DNA of 64,000 nucleotides from positions 1 to 64,000 of the forward strand of contig JAZDCZ010000091.1 of NCBI GenBank assembly GCA_036679605.1. Reading direction: 5' to 3'. This DNA comes from Gemmatimonadota bacterium. Its GTDB lineage: Bacteria > Gemmatimonadota > Gemmatimonadetes > Gemmatimonadales > GWC2-71-9. Position 1 is the stretch's first letter. Every line of letters starts with the position of its first letter. Position numbers and translations under genes: made by a program. This document shows, piece after piece, positions 9,081-18,628 of the stretch. Below the pieces are notes generated by a model. The model did no database searches, was not told where the DNA came from, and saw only the letters and a list, made by a program, of their open reading frames with translations.

Positions 9081-9611
9081 ACGCAGGAAGACCCGATTGG
9101 GCTGGCCGGCGGGCTCAACCTGTACGGGTTTGCCAATGGGGATCCGATCAATTTCAGTGATCCGTTTGGATTGTGTGTCTGGGATGCATGTGCGATTGAG
9201 GGAGCCAGTATCGGGGTGGTTGGCGTCGCAGCCATCGGCACCGGTATCGCTGTCGCCGCGGTTGCCGTAGCGAACGGTGAGCAGATCGGCAACGCGCTGG
9301 ACGCCGGACTTGAGGCCGGGAAGAAACTTGTGACCGGTATCTTTGCAGCAGTATCGACGAAGATCCACGAGAAAAAACTTGCTGGTCTGGAACGAAATGC
9401 CAACCTCCATTTTGGGTTTATTGGTGGAAACGGTCCTTCAGGAAAAGATCCGAACAAATGGACCAACAAGTGGAAGAAGGATATTCAAAAGGCGATTCGC
9501 GGGATGCGAAAACGACTGAATCGCCTCAAAGGAGATAAGAAGATCGAGAAGTGGAGAAACCGCATCGAGCAGCTGGAGCGGCGGCTTCAGGACCTCGAAG
9601 GAGGACCATAG
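9081..9611 (+). CDS. Orphan Rhs tip CT2: hydrophobic segment plus a very basic helical domain, activity unknown
   Basis: TQEDP..SDPFGL|CVWDAC; Lys/Arg-rich C-terminus. Confidence 0.8.
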   Translation, partial: TQEDPIGLAGGLNLYGFANGDPINFSDPFGLCVWDACAIEGASIGVVGVAAIGTGIAVAAVAVANGEQIGNALDAGLEAGKKLVTGIFAAVSTKIHEKKLAGLERNANLHFGFIGGNGPSGKDPNKWTNKWKKDIQKAIRGMRKRLNRLKGDKKIEKWRNRIEQLERRLQDLEGGP

Positions 9612-9944
9612 ATGAGTGGGACACCTTCAGAACATCTTGAATTCACTCGGTCAATCGATGCGTTCTTGAGTGGTATTGGCGTTGGTTCGGCAGATGAGCG
9701 CGCGGATTTGGCGGTCGACTTGGCGGATACACTCTACGCCGCTCGTGATGTGGAGAGGATGCTTGGCGAGCTTCTGGATCTGGATCTGGACAGCCCGTCG
9801 CAAGTGGACCGTGCCTTAGAACTGACCGCCAACATTGAAGTGCAGTTGTTCACGGAGCTGAAGGACCATCTCTTGGATCTTCAGCGGAGCTGGCCCATTC
9901 TGTTCCAGAAGCTTGGGGCTCTCGCTGAGCAGGCAGACACCTAG
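9612..9944 (+). CDS. Acidic cytoplasmic immunity protein for CT2
   Basis: Abuts the toxin stop; Asp/Glu-rich, so charge-complementary to CT2. Confidence 0.75.
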   Translation: MSGTPSEHLEFTRSIDAFLSGIGVGSADERADLAVDLADTLYAARDVERMLGELLDLDLDSPSQVDRALELTANIEVQLFTELKDHLLDLQRSWPILFQKLGALAEQADT

Positions 9945-10036
9945 GCTTCGGGTGGCGCCGGCCTTTGCCGAGGCTTAGTAGTTCGCGTGCTTCGCCGTTG
10001 CGGCCGCGTCGTCTTGCGGTTCTTGGGTAGCAGCGC

Positions 10037-10244
10037 TTATGCCGAGCGCCGTCGTGACTTGACGAGTGCGTCGACGAACTTGAGGACCGCTCGTTGATCG
10101 GCGGGTGGTAGCGACTCGATTCTTGCGAGCCGTTTCATGAGCCTCGCCTTTTTGGGCGAGGCTTTTGTTTTGACGCGTTTCAATCCAAGTAGTTCGTCGG
10201 CGCTCACCTTGAGCGCGATCGCCAGGTCGGCGAGCAACGCTCCG
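10037..10244 (-). pseudogene. 5'-truncated paralogue of the element XRE
   Basis: Ends LPPADQRAVLKFVDALVKSRRRSA like 3570-3971; the N-terminal HTH is missing. Confidence 0.85.
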
Positions 10245-10441
10245 CCTGGACGATGGTATCGAACTGGAGGCGGTGGTCGGTTGGCACCGCGGACACGAGC
10301 GACCTGCTAGCGGTCGACTTGGAACGGGGCGAGCCGGCTCGGGCGCCCGAAGGCTAACCCAGCCCGTCATTGGCGCCGGCTCCCCGAGTCCCTGCACCCG
10401 GCACGCTACCTTGCGTGGTGATGCTCAAACGGGCATATTAG

Positions 10442-10831
10442 ATGGTGACACGGAACGATCATGAGGTTCTCACCCCAGTCGAGTGGATCGGCTCGTCGCG
10501 CGAGGAGCTACGGACCATGCCGCAGGACGTTCGAGACACGTTTGGCTACGCGCTCTATGAAGCGCAGCGCGGCAAACAGCACCGGCGGGCGAAGCGCTTG
10601 AAGGGCGACCTAGCGGGGCTGGTCGAGCTAGTCGATGATTTCAATCGCAACACCTACCGTGCGATCTACACGGTGAAAATGGCTGGCGTCGTCTACGTAC
10701 TGCACGTGTTCCAGAAAAAATCGACGCGGGGAATTGCGACTCCGAAACGCGAGCTCGCGGTGATCAAGGAGCGGTGGAAACGAGCGAAAGCGCACTATGC
10801 GGCACATTACGGAGGTACAGAGGATGGCTAA
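10442..10831 (+). CDS. RelE/HigB (Gp49-like) toxin
   Basis: TYRAIYTV..VYVLHVFQKKS motif; lies upstream of an XRE antitoxin. Confidence 0.85.
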   Translation: MVTRNDHEVLTPVEWIGSSREELRTMPQDVRDTFGYALYEAQRGKQHRRAKRLKGDLAGLVELVDDFNRNTYRAIYTVKMAGVVYVLHVFQKKSTRGIATPKRELAVIKERWKRAKAHYAAHYGGTEDG

Positions 10832-11183
10832 GCGCAAGATCGGGGCGGCTCCCCACGACATCCCGGTGACCCGGGGCAGCGGCAATGTGTTCTCCGATCT
10901 CGGGCTGCCAAAGCCACAGGAACGACTTGCGAAGGCACAGTTGGCGTCGCTGATCGACGATGCCATTCGGGAACGGAAGCTGACGCAACGGCAAGCTGCT
11001 GCGTTGTTGGGCATCGACCAGCCGAAGATCTCGCGGTTGCTCAGCGGCCGCCTCAGCGGTTTCTCTACGCAACGGCTCCTCGATTTCCTCACCGCACTTG
11101 GGCGGGACGTGAACATCGTAGTGCGCGCGCCACGGCGCCGTCGGCAGGGCCGCCTGCGCGTGCGCATGCTTGCGCCCCGCTGA
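10824..11183 (+). CDS. HigA-like XRE antitoxin
   Basis: GSGNVFSDLG start; LTQRQAAALLGIDQPKIS HTH. Confidence 0.85.
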   Translation: MAKRKIGAAPHDIPVTRGSGNVFSDLGLPKPQERLAKAQLASLIDDAIRERKLTQRQAAALLGIDQPKISRLLSGRLSGFSTQRLLDFLTALGRDVNIVVRAPRRRRQGRLRVRMLAPR

Positions 11184-11191
11184 CTCGTCTG

Positions 11192-11331
11192 CCACTCCCC
11201 CCTGAGAATGCACGTCGGCGATTTTTAGTGCATATTACGATCAAAATTCAGGTGAGGTGAGCGGCTAAGAAAAAGAAGCACAACGGATTGCGGCGTCGCG
11301 GTCGTACCAGAACGCGTCGACCAGGACATAT
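11192..11331 (+). repeat. Cassette leader L3
   Basis: 140-bp near-copy of L1. Confidence 0.95.
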
Positions 11332-11892
11332 ACGCAGGAAGACCCGATCGGGCTGGCCGGTGGGCTCAACCTGTATGGGTTTGCCAACGGGGATCCGGTT
11401 AATTTCAGTGATCCGTTTGGGTTGTGTCCTGACCCGCCTTGCTTCAAGGTGGAAGGGAGCGAAGAGTTTAAACGCTTGTGGCGATCGCTGGTGAAAGAGT
11501 CGTCGCGGTTAGCCGGGTTCGTGAAGGAAGCGAGCGCCGCAGATAAACCTGATTTCATTTTGCGGGAAACTGAAGCCTCGACCTTGGACACGTTTGGCAA
11601 GCCAGGTGGTATCACCTTCTTCTTTGATGCGGAGGGAAGATCTGTGGAGGCGGGCTCTGGGGCTGGGATCACAAAGATCGACTCTCGGGTTAGCTCTACA
11701 GATCTGGGTAATGCCAGTACACGCGCGATGATAGCCAAGCGTGGGGGGGTGCCAACTCTCGGAAATGTTATGGTGCACGAGTTCTCTCACGGGATTTTGG
11801 CTATACAGGGCTTTAGATCAACTGAGAAGCAAGCAGGGCTGTCAGAGTGTGCGATCATCAAGCAGGTTGCCGGAGGTCGCTGTAAGCCATGA
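11332..11892 (+). CDS. Orphan Rhs tip CT3: zincin metallopeptidase
   Basis: Rhs core end followed by VHEFSH (HExxH). Confidence 0.8.
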   Translation, partial: TQEDPIGLAGGLNLYGFANGDPVNFSDPFGLCPDPPCFKVEGSEEFKRLWRSLVKESSRLAGFVKEASAADKPDFILRETEASTLDTFGKPGGITFFFDAEGRSVEAGSGAGITKIDSRVSSTDLGNASTRAMIAKRGGVPTLGNVMVHEFSHGILAIQGFRSTEKQAGLSECAIIKQVAGGRCKP

Positions 11893-12614
11893 TGGTGCAG
11901 AAGCTAACAGTGGCAGCGATGGTTGTTGGCTTCGCGTTCATTACCTATCGCGACGGCCCAAAGGTTCAACTAGTGCAGTCATGCCCTCAGGGGATATCGG
12001 CAGGCGTCCTGATGCGCGAAAAGCTCGGGCTTGGCTCACCAACAGGTTTCGTTCGAGGAGAGCTTAAGGAACTGGGACGGGAACATTCACGTACAGCAGC
12101 GCCTCAGGTTGGGTTCTATTCCGTGAACCGTCGCCATGCGCCTGAACGTGAATGGTTGCGTTTTGCGATAGACTCGGCGGGTATGGGGTACCGCATTTCA
12201 GGGTTTCCGACTCTGGACCTCGAGGCTCTTGCCTGTCGAATGACCGTAAGTCGTGTAACATCACCCGGTGATGTATGGCGCGCGCTGCAAGCCTTTGCTG
12301 AGGTTTTAGCCCCCTTCCGCGGGCCGACCTATCTACTTGGGGTTTCCGAAGAAGGAGTTGAGGACCACCCCGAGAGCTGGCGATTGCTCGGAGACTCCAC
12401 AGACTTTCCCAGTCCGCAAATTGAGTGGTCAGAAGAACGACGTGCCTATCTAGGTGTCGTAAGCGTGCTGTGGTCTTATGAAGCGCGAGATCACCTGGTC
12501 GAGTGGCGCTTTGTCGTGGCACAAACAGGGCAGATCCTGGCTCTTAACGAGCGCCTACTTGCTGGGCAGAGGGGAATCCGGACATTGAGTTTCTCACGTG
12601 AATCATTAAGGTAA
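11889..12614 (+). CDS. Putative exported immunity protein for CT3
   Basis: ATGA overlap with the toxin; hydrophobic N-terminus. Confidence 0.7.
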   Translation: MMVQKLTVAAMVVGFAFITYRDGPKVQLVQSCPQGISAGVLMREKLGLGSPTGFVRGELKELGREHSRTAAPQVGFYSVNRRHAPEREWLRFAIDSAGMGYRISGFPTLDLEALACRMTVSRVTSPGDVWRALQAFAEVLAPFRGPTYLLGVSEEGVEDHPESWRLLGDSTDFPSPQIEWSEERRAYLGVVSVLWSYEARDHLVEWRFVVAQTGQILALNERLLAGQRGIRTLSFSRESLR

Positions 12615-12691
12615 CTAGGCAGTCGCTTGATCCTCCACATTCAGCCCGGTTTCGGCCGGGCTTTTCTTTATTCTGAGGTAATCCAGCGTCG

Positions 12692-12840
12692 GCTTGGTGC
12701 TTGAGCATGAGGGAGTCGAGTAGGGCGTTGGTGATCTTCTTCTCGTCGGCGTTGAACTGACCGAGACCTTCGAATTGCAGGCGGAAGTCGTCGTCGGGTC
12801 CGCGCCGGCCGTCTTCGAACACCAACGCATTCGCACCGAC
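12692..12840 (-). pseudogene. C-terminal remnant of a different XRE subfamily
   Basis: ALVFEDGRRGPDDDFRLQFE..EKKITNALLDSLMLKHQA resembles (from memory) the C-termini of XRE regulators next to CHC2-primase/Xer elements; same slot and strand as the other XRE copies. Confidence 0.6.
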
Positions 12841-12888
12841 ACCTACCCCTTGGCCAATGTCTCGTGGCCAGTGTAAGTTATTCGTGCC

Positions 12889-13179
12889 ATGGGAGTTCAA
12901 GACCGCCTCACCAAGCTACGGGATATTATCCATGCCACCGCCGCCGCGCATGGCGCTCGGGACGTACGGGTTTTCGGGTCTGTGGCGCGGGGCGAGGAGG
13001 CGGAAAACAGTGACATTGACTTCCTCGTTACGTTGGAACCGGGTAGGACGCTGCTCGACGTGGCGCGGCTGGAGATGCGCCTTGAGAGCTTACTCGGGCG
13101 GCACGTGGATGTCGTGACTGAAAGTGGACTGCGCGAGCCCCTTCGCACGGATGCCCTGCGCGAAGCCGTTCGTGTCTGA
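12889..13179 (+). CDS. Minimal nucleotidyltransferase antitoxin (MNT)
   Basis: FGSVARGE..SDID motif. Confidence 0.9.
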   Translation: MGVQDRLTKLRDIIHATAAAHGARDVRVFGSVARGEEAENSDIDFLVTLEPGRTLLDVARLEMRLESLLGRHVDVVTESGLREPLRTDALREAVRV

Positions 13180-13528
13180 GGGCCGTCGTGCGGCCCTGGC
13201 TCGCCTGCGCCACATGGTGGAGGCTGCCGACGCCATCATCGGGTATACGGCTCGCGGCCGGGAGGTGTTTGACAGCGACTCCGCCGTGCGCGAGGCGATT
13301 CTGTATCAAGTGGTCGTGCTTGGCGAGGCGGCGAAGGCGGTACTTGCCGCCGACCCGTCGCTTGAGAATGCGCTGCCGGAAGTGGAATGGTCGCCGATTG
13401 CTCGTATGCGAGACCGGGTGGCGCACCACTACTGGGCAACGGACCGTGATGTCGTGTGGGCCACGGCTACGGTTGCCGTGCCCGAACTCCGTGCAGCCCT
13501 TGCTGGGGCGCTTGAGCGCCTTGGGTAG
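13172..13528 (+). CDS. HEPN (DUF86) toxin
   Basis: MRDRVAHHY (R-x4-H-x-Y); GTG start overlaps the MNT gene. Confidence 0.9.
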   Translation: MSEGRRAALARLRHMVEAADAIIGYTARGREVFDSDSAVREAILYQVVVLGEAAKAVLAADPSLENALPEVEWSPIARMRDRVAHHYWATDRDVVWATATVAVPELRAALAGALERLG

Positions 13529-13589
13529 TCGCTCAGCGGTCTGCGCGCCCACCGGCCGATGGTCTCTCCCGTACCCGTCTATCTCACCT

Positions 13590-13728
13590 CACCCCCTCCC
13601 CAAAGTGCACGTCGGCGATTTTTAGTGCATATTACGATCAAAATTAGAGTGAGGTGAGCGGCTAAAGGAAGCAAGCGCAACTGATTGCGGCGCCCTGGTC
13701 GTAGCCGAAAGCGTCGATCAGGACAGTT
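13590..13728 (+). repeat. Cassette leader L4
   Basis: Near-copy of L1. Confidence 0.95.
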
Positions 13729-14277
13729 ACGCAGGAAGACCCGATCGGGCTGGCGGGCGGGCTCAACCTATACGGATTCGCCAACGGGGATCCGATCAAC
13801 TTCAGTGATCCGTTCGGGCTGTGTCCGCCGTGCAGTGTAGGAGAGCAGGGGATTGTATTCATCAAGCGCCACGAAGGGTTCAGGGCGAACGTTTATGATG
13901 ACCTCGGTGGCCGAGGCACGATCGGATACGGCCACCTCATCCTGCGAGGTGAGACCATCCAAGGCCCGCTAACTCGCGGACAGGGAGATGCACTGCTCCG
14001 GCAAGACCTCATAGTAAGGGTGCAGCCTGGACTTGATCTGATCACCGGTGACCTTAATCAAAACCAAGTCGACGCGGTCGGTAGTCTCATCTTCAACGTA
14101 GGCGTTTCCAACTTCGCTGGTTCGAGGGCACTCCAGAAACTGAACGCCGGCGACTTTGAAGGAGCGAAGGATGAGATGGCAGAATTCAGGCTCGTGAACG
14201 GCAAGGTTGAGCCAAGCTTGGTCCGTCGGCGCGCGGATGAGCGTCGTTTGTTTGACAAGAACGAGGGGGGGCGATGA
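13729..14277 (+). CDS. Orphan Rhs tip CT4: GH24 phage-type lysozyme
   Basis: Manual translation gives IKRHEGFRANVYDDLGGRGTIGYGH (E-x8-D-x5-T), SLIFNVG and LVRRRADE; the ORF track misses the 5' half. Confidence 0.9.
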   Translation, partial: TQEDPIGLAGGLNLYGFANGDPINFSDPFGLCPPCSVGEQGIVFIKRHEGFRANVYDDLGGRGTIGYGHLILRGETIQGPLTRGQGDALLRQDLIVRVQPGLDLITGDLNQNQVDAVGSLIFNVGVSNFAGSRALQKLNAGDFEGAKDEMAEFRLVNGKVEPSLVRRRADERRLFDKNEGGR

Positions 14278-14615
14278 ACATGCTGATTCTGATGCTAACG
14301 CTGCAACTCGTGACCGTGTCCCGGCAATGCGACAATGCGCAAAACACAGTCGAATTGGAGGACTGTCTCAGACGAGAGCTAGATTCCCTCAATCTCGAAA
14401 TCAGAGAGCGGGTATCTGAAATTGAGGAACGTTTTCCGTCTCGGAAGCGTGTGCTTTTCGATCGCGCACAGCGGACGTGGTCACTTTATCGCGATCTCCA
14501 ATGCGAGAGTGAGGCCGCCCAATTTGAAGGGGGAAGTATCGCGGGTGTATCAACGCTCCGCTGTCATATGCGCATTGCGGATGCACGGTTAACCGAGTTG
14601 AATGAGGTCTACTGA
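14274..14615 (+). CDS. LprI-family lysozyme inhibitor (immunity for CT4)
   Basis: Signal peptide; C..C; AQRTWSLYRDLQC..GGS..C pattern. Confidence 0.85.
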   Translation: MNMLILMLTLQLVTVSRQCDNAQNTVELEDCLRRELDSLNLEIRERVSEIEERFPSRKRVLFDRAQRTWSLYRDLQCESEAAQFEGGSIAGVSTLRCHMRIADARLTELNEVY

Positions 14616-14765
14616 AGGGAAACCGCTCCGCCCAGTGGCGCAACGGCCACGCCCCTCGAAGAGCAGTATGGCTAGCGGTACCGTCCGTCGGGTGAGTACG
14701 GTGATTCTATCTATGCAGTTTCGGACCATGGCAGCTTTTCATGTCCGCAAGACTTTGTTCGTAGG

Positions 14766-15148
14766 CTAGGTGCTCCATCGCCGTGACTCGACCAGTGCAT
14801 CCACAAACTTGAGGACAGCCCGCTGATCTGATTGGGGTAGTTTTTCGACCTGCTGGAGCCTTTTGAGGAGCCTTGCCCTTTTGGGCGAGGCTTTCTCTTT
14901 CACAGGCTTGAGCCCTAGCAGTTCGTCGGCACTCACCTTGAGCGCTTTCGCGAGGTCAACGAGCAGCGTGCCGGGTGGCTGGGCGTCGTCCTGCTTATAA
15001 TAAGGCGCCATCCCTCATGTCTTGCTGGGTGAGGTCGCGGCTCTTGCGGAGCCGATCGAGGCGGGGTCGGATAACTTCTTGTTCCGTACTCTCGGCGTGC
15101 CTCTTGGCCAAGGCGGTCGCCCATTCGGTGAAGTTTCGCCGAACGCAC
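14766..15148 (-). pseudogene. Frameshifted paralogue of the element XRE
   Basis: C-terminus QPPGTLLVDLAKALKVSADELLG..DQRAVLKFVDALV is intact; the N-terminus is disrupted. Confidence 0.8.
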
Positions 15149-15165
15149 CCGTTTCGGACATCACC

Positions 15166-15206
15166 TTGACTGTGGCCATAAGTGTATGTACAGTAATGCT
15201 GTACAG
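15166..15206 (+). promoter_or_regulatory. yefM-yoeB promoter/operator
   Basis: TTGACT -35 box and two TGTACA palindromes (15187, 15200), the known YefM operator core. Confidence 0.7.
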
Positions 15207-15223
15207 TTAATCAGGGTGTGCCG

Positions 15224-15514
15224 ATGGCCATTCGTACTACTTATACAGACGCCAGGCAGCGACTCGCCGAACTGTGGCGACGCGTTGAAGAAGACCGTGA
15301 ACCGGTGATAATCACACGCCGTGGACACCAGGAGGTAGCCCTCGTGGCTGCCGACGAACTCGCAAGCCTGCAAGAGACCGCCCACCTGCTGCGGTCGCCG
15401 GCGAATGCGCGCCGCTTGTTGCGGGCGCTCGACCGTGCACTGGCGGGTGGCGGCAGACGTCGCTCGATGGAGGAATTGCAGCGGGAGTTGGACCTTGGGC
15501 CAGCGGCGGGGTAG
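15224..15514 (+). CDS. yefM: Phd/YefM antitoxin
   Basis: TYTDARQRLA..PVIITRRG..ETAHLLRSPANARRL. Confidence 0.9.
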   Translation: MAIRTTYTDARQRLAELWRRVEEDREPVIITRRGHQEVALVAADELASLQETAHLLRSPANARRLLRALDRALAGGGRRRSMEELQRELDLGPAAG

Positions 15515-15773
15515 AGCCCGCAAGGCGATCTTCCAGAAGGAGTTTCTCGAGGATCTGCGATTTTGGGTAGGAAACGACCGCAAGACCGCGTTGCGGTGCC
15601 TGGATCTGGTGCAAGCGGCGTTGCGCGACCCGTTCACCGGTATTGGCAAACCTGAGCGATTGAGATATCTGGGTGGCAGCATGTGGTCTCGGCGATTGAC
15701 ACAGGAGCATCGCGTGGTGTATCTGGTTCGGCACGATCGCATCGATTTTCTGCAGGCACGCTACCACTACTGA
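15495..15773 (+). CDS. yoeB: Txe/YoeB toxin
   Basis: PFTGIGKPERL..WSRRLTQEHRVVY..RYHY; start approximate. Confidence 0.92.
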   Translation: MGQRRGRARKAIFQKEFLEDLRFWVGNDRKTALRCLDLVQAALRDPFTGIGKPERLRYLGGSMWSRRLTQEHRVVYLVRHDRIDFLQARYHY

Positions 15774-15795
15774 TCTTTCGGGAACCGCCTCGACC

Positions 15796-15936
15796 CCACT
15801 CCCCCCCCCAAAGTGCACGTCGGCGATTTTCAGTGCATATGACGATCAAGATTAGAGTGAGGTGAGCGGCTAAAGGAAGCAAGCGCAACTGATTGCGGCG
15901 CCCTGGTCGTACCCGAACGCGTCGATCAGGACAGTT
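15796..15936 (+). repeat. Cassette leader L5
   Basis: 141-bp near-copy of L1. Confidence 0.95.
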
Positions 15937-16491
15937 ACGCAGGAAGACCCGATTGGATTAGCCGGTGGGCTCAACCTGTATGGGTTTGCCAATGGGGATC
16001 CGGTCAATTTCTCGGATCCGTTTGGGCTGTGTGTAGACAAGGACGCGACCTGTGACGATCTGGTTCGGCAACTGCGACTTCAAGAGGGCGGTGAGTTTCA
16101 GAAAGCTGCTGACTTGTTTGACGGTTACCGGGGTGGTCAAGTCAGTTGGGTCACTGGTGACAACGCTTTACTGAATGTCAACTTTGCTAATCGAGATGGG
16201 AATGCCGAGACTTGGGTTGGAGGCATCTTCAACCCAGACAATGGCGACATTCTCCTGAACGCTGAGTTTTCGGGAGGTGACCGGTTGATCACCGCGGTAC
16301 ACGAATCACTTCACATAGCCGGTCTCGGCGATCAGCAGGATAGAGCGCAGATCTTGGGAGTCGAGCAGCGCGCGTACAACCAACTCTCTCCTGCAGCACA
16401 GGCCTCAGCAGTTCGACATTCAGATAGGTTCTTCCACGCATTTGGACCTCAGGCTGGAGTGCATCCCGTACCTGTTCGGGAGCGTAGGTGA
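15937..16491 (+). CDS. Orphan Rhs tip CT5: zincin metallopeptidase
   Basis: Rhs core end followed by VHESLH (HExxH). Confidence 0.78.
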   Translation, partial: TQEDPIGLAGGLNLYGFANGDPVNFSDPFGLCVDKDATCDDLVRQLRLQEGGEFQKAADLFDGYRGGQVSWVTGDNALLNVNFANRDGNAETWVGGIFNPDNGDILLNAEFSGGDRLITAVHESLHIAGLGDQQDRAQILGVEQRAYNQLSPAAQASAVRHSDRFFHAFGPQAGVHPVPVRERR

Positions 16492-17066
16492 TGATAGGAC
16501 CTCGCGTAACTCCCGGCTTCGCGCTGCTGATGGGAGCTGTCCTTGCGGTATCATGCACTACAGAACCTTCCCGGAGGTTTGATAAAGGGGGGCCACTTCA
16601 CTTGGACCCCACTAGTTGGCCGGCTGGGCTCTCTCTCGTGGTCGTCACTGTCGATGATACCGTTCGCGAGGGTGACCGCGTCCAGATTGGTTACGCAATT
16701 CGGAATAGGGGATCCGCAATGCGCTTCCGAAATGATCCGTTGGATTTTGGTTTGGAAGTTTCCGGGCCGCGTGGAGAGATCCGTCCACAGCAGCAGTTGG
16801 AATTTCCGTCACTAGGCGACTTGCCGGATCTCTATCTGCCGGATGGCAGTATGCTGGTCAACATCATTGATATCACCTGCATTAACGGTCAATACTTCTT
16901 GAAGAGTCGCTCCGACTGCATTGCCAGTTTTCCTCTTGGTCTCGGCGAATTTCGGGTGATAATTACTTATCGCGGAACGGTCGTCTCGGACTCCGTCGAT
17001 ACCAGGGCGCAAGCCACAGGACCTCGACTAGTCGACACTACCACTGTCGTGATTGTTCCGGAGTAG
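16488..17066 (+). CDS. Lipoprotein immunity protein for CT5
   Basis: Overlaps the toxin stop; lipobox-like LAVSC. Confidence 0.72.
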   Translation: MMIGPRVTPGFALLMGAVLAVSCTTEPSRRFDKGGPLHLDPTSWPAGLSLVVVTVDDTVREGDRVQIGYAIRNRGSAMRFRNDPLDFGLEVSGPRGEIRPQQQLEFPSLGDLPDLYLPDGSMLVNIIDITCINGQYFLKSRSDCIASFPLGLGEFRVIITYRGTVVSDSVDTRAQATGPRLVDTTTVVIVPE

Positions 17067-17169
17067 TCCCGTCCTGGTTTCTCAAGGTGAACAAGCGCTT
17101 GCCTAGTCGGCCCGCTGGTGACTCGCCCTGAAGTTGAGTCGGCGCTACCTTGTAAGCGAGGAGGCGGAG

Positions 17170-17376
17170 ATGAGTGAATTGGTCTTTGTGGTAGAGGAAG
17201 CAGCCGAAGGGGGCTACATCGCGCGGGCGGTGGGTGCCTCGATCGTGACGGAATCCGATGACCTCGATGGACTGCGGGCTCAGGTGCGGGACGCGGTTCA
17301 ATGTCACTTCGATGAGGGCGCGCGTCCCAAGCTGATCCGCTTGCACCACGTGCGCGACGAAGTCATAGCGGCGTGA
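17170..17376 (+). CDS. Short HicB-like antitoxin
   Basis: ELVFVVEEAAEGGYIARA..AVQCHF; lies upstream of hicA. Confidence 0.8.
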   Translation: MSELVFVVEEAAEGGYIARAVGASIVTESDDLDGLRAQVRDAVQCHFDEGARPKLIRLHHVRDEVIAA

Positions 17377-17621
17377 GGCTGGCGCGGGATCTCTCGGGCC
17401 GCGCGTTGGCGAAGGCCCTGGAGACGCTGGGATACCAGATCACGCGGCAGACGGGTAGCCACCTGCGTCTCACAACCCGAGAACGCGGGGAGCACCACGT
17501 GACGATCCCCAACCACAAGGCCCTGCGCGTGGGCACGCTCGCCAGCATCCTTGACGAGGTCGCTATCCACTTTAGCCTTGAGCGTGCCTCCGTTGTCGAG
17601 CGCCTCTTCGGCCACCGCTGA
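17373..17621 (+). CDS. hicA: HicA-family toxin
   Basis: LGY..RQTGSH..TIPNH..GTLASIL. Confidence 0.9.
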   Translation: MRLARDLSGRALAKALETLGYQITRQTGSHLRLTTRERGEHHVTIPNHKALRVGTLASILDEVAIHFSLERASVVERLFGHR

Positions 17622-17658
17622 GCACCGTCTGGCCCGGTCCCCTTCAGCGATCCCACCG

Positions 17659-17715
17659 CACTCCCCCCCCGAAAGTCCACGTCGGCGATTTTGAGTACAT
17701 ATTACGATCAAAATT
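17659..17715 (+). repeat. Cassette leader L6 (5' part only)
   Basis: Match stops after GATCAAAAT and runs into GCGGAT repeats. Confidence 0.9.
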
Positions 17716-17717
17716 GT

Positions 17718-17836
17718 GCCGCGGATACTAACGCGGATTGACGCGGGTGGGCCCGCGGATGATTACACTGATGGCCGCAGATAGGAACGCGGATTAACAC
17801 GGATGGGGCCGCGGATGATTATGCCGATAGCCGCGC
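17718..17836. repeat. Cluster of short (A/C)CGCGGAT repeats
   Basis: About nine degenerate units, the same as those flanking the GxxExxY gene. Confidence 0.8.
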
Positions 17837-17909
17837 ATGTAGGTGAGGTCTTGTCTCAGGTGCGCCGCGAGCTGTCACTCAGGATGAACCTCCTGAACTG
17901 AAGCCGTTC

Positions 17910-18049
17910 CCACTCCCCCCCGAAAGTGCACGTCGGCGATTTTCAGTGCATATTACGATCAATATTCGAGTGAGGTGAGCGGCTAAAGGAAGCAAGCGCA
18001 ACTGATTGCGCCGCTCTGATCGTAGCCGAAAGCGTCGACCAGGACAGTT
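17910..18049 (+). repeat. Cassette leader L7
   Basis: 140-bp near-copy of L1. Confidence 0.95.
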
Positions 18050-18628
18050 ACGCAGGAAGACCCGATCGGGCTGGCCGGTGGGCTCAATCTCTACGGGTTT
18101 GCCAACGGGGATCCGATTAATTTCAGTGACCCGTTTGGGTTGTGTCCAGTGTGGCTCGATGGTATTCCGTGCGTAGCTCCGGTTGCCAACTTCATGACGC
18201 CAGCGCGGGCACCGGGTCAGCGGAGTGGAGTCGGCGGTAGTGAATTTGGCTTTACGCGTAGCGGTGGTGCTCTATTCCACAACGGTTTTGACCAGGATGC
18301 GCCTGTTCTGACCTCAATTGCAGCTCCAGGTGACGGTACACTGACCGTCGGATTCAACGACAAGTCCGGGCTCAACGTCACACTTGATCTTGGGAATGGA
18401 GCGTCCGTGAGTTTCTCTCATCTGTCAAAAGCCCCTGCTGGGCTCGCTGTTGGCGAAGGCCTCCAAGTACAGGCTGGTCAGACGATCGGTTACGCGGGTA
18501 CAAGTGGAAACTCTGCGGGATCCGGACGCGATCCTCATGCCCACATCGTAACACGCGTGAAGCAACGAACGTGTAATCCACGCGACTTCTTTTCTGAAAG
18601 TGGTGGGGGTGGCAGTTGTGGGAACTAA
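18050..18628 (+). CDS. Orphan Rhs tip CT6: M23 peptidoglycan endopeptidase
   Basis: HNGFD (HxxxD), SHLS, GQTIGYAGTSGNS and PHAH (HxH). Confidence 0.9.
   Translation, partial: TQEDPIGLAGGLNLYGFANGDPINFSDPFGLCPVWLDGIPCVAPVANFMTPARAPGQRSGVGGSEFGFTRSGGALFHNGFDQDAPVLTSIAAPGDGTLTVGFNDKSGLNVTLDLGNGASVSFSHLSKAPAGLAVGEGLQVQAGQTIGYAGTSGNSAGSGRDPHAHIVTRVKQRTCNPRDFFSESGGGGSCGN

Noticed and set aside
9014..9085. Minus-strand peptide VLIDAFGYDQSAAIRCACFL* in the leader
   Set aside because: Some differences between copies are synonymous in this frame, but L1 has an internal stop and there is no start. It is at most a gene remnant, and DNA-site constraint explains it as well.
17842..17901. Short frame GEVLSQVRRELSLRMNLLN* before L7 as the tail of a lost TA gene
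   Set aside because: The position fits, but it is too short to assign.
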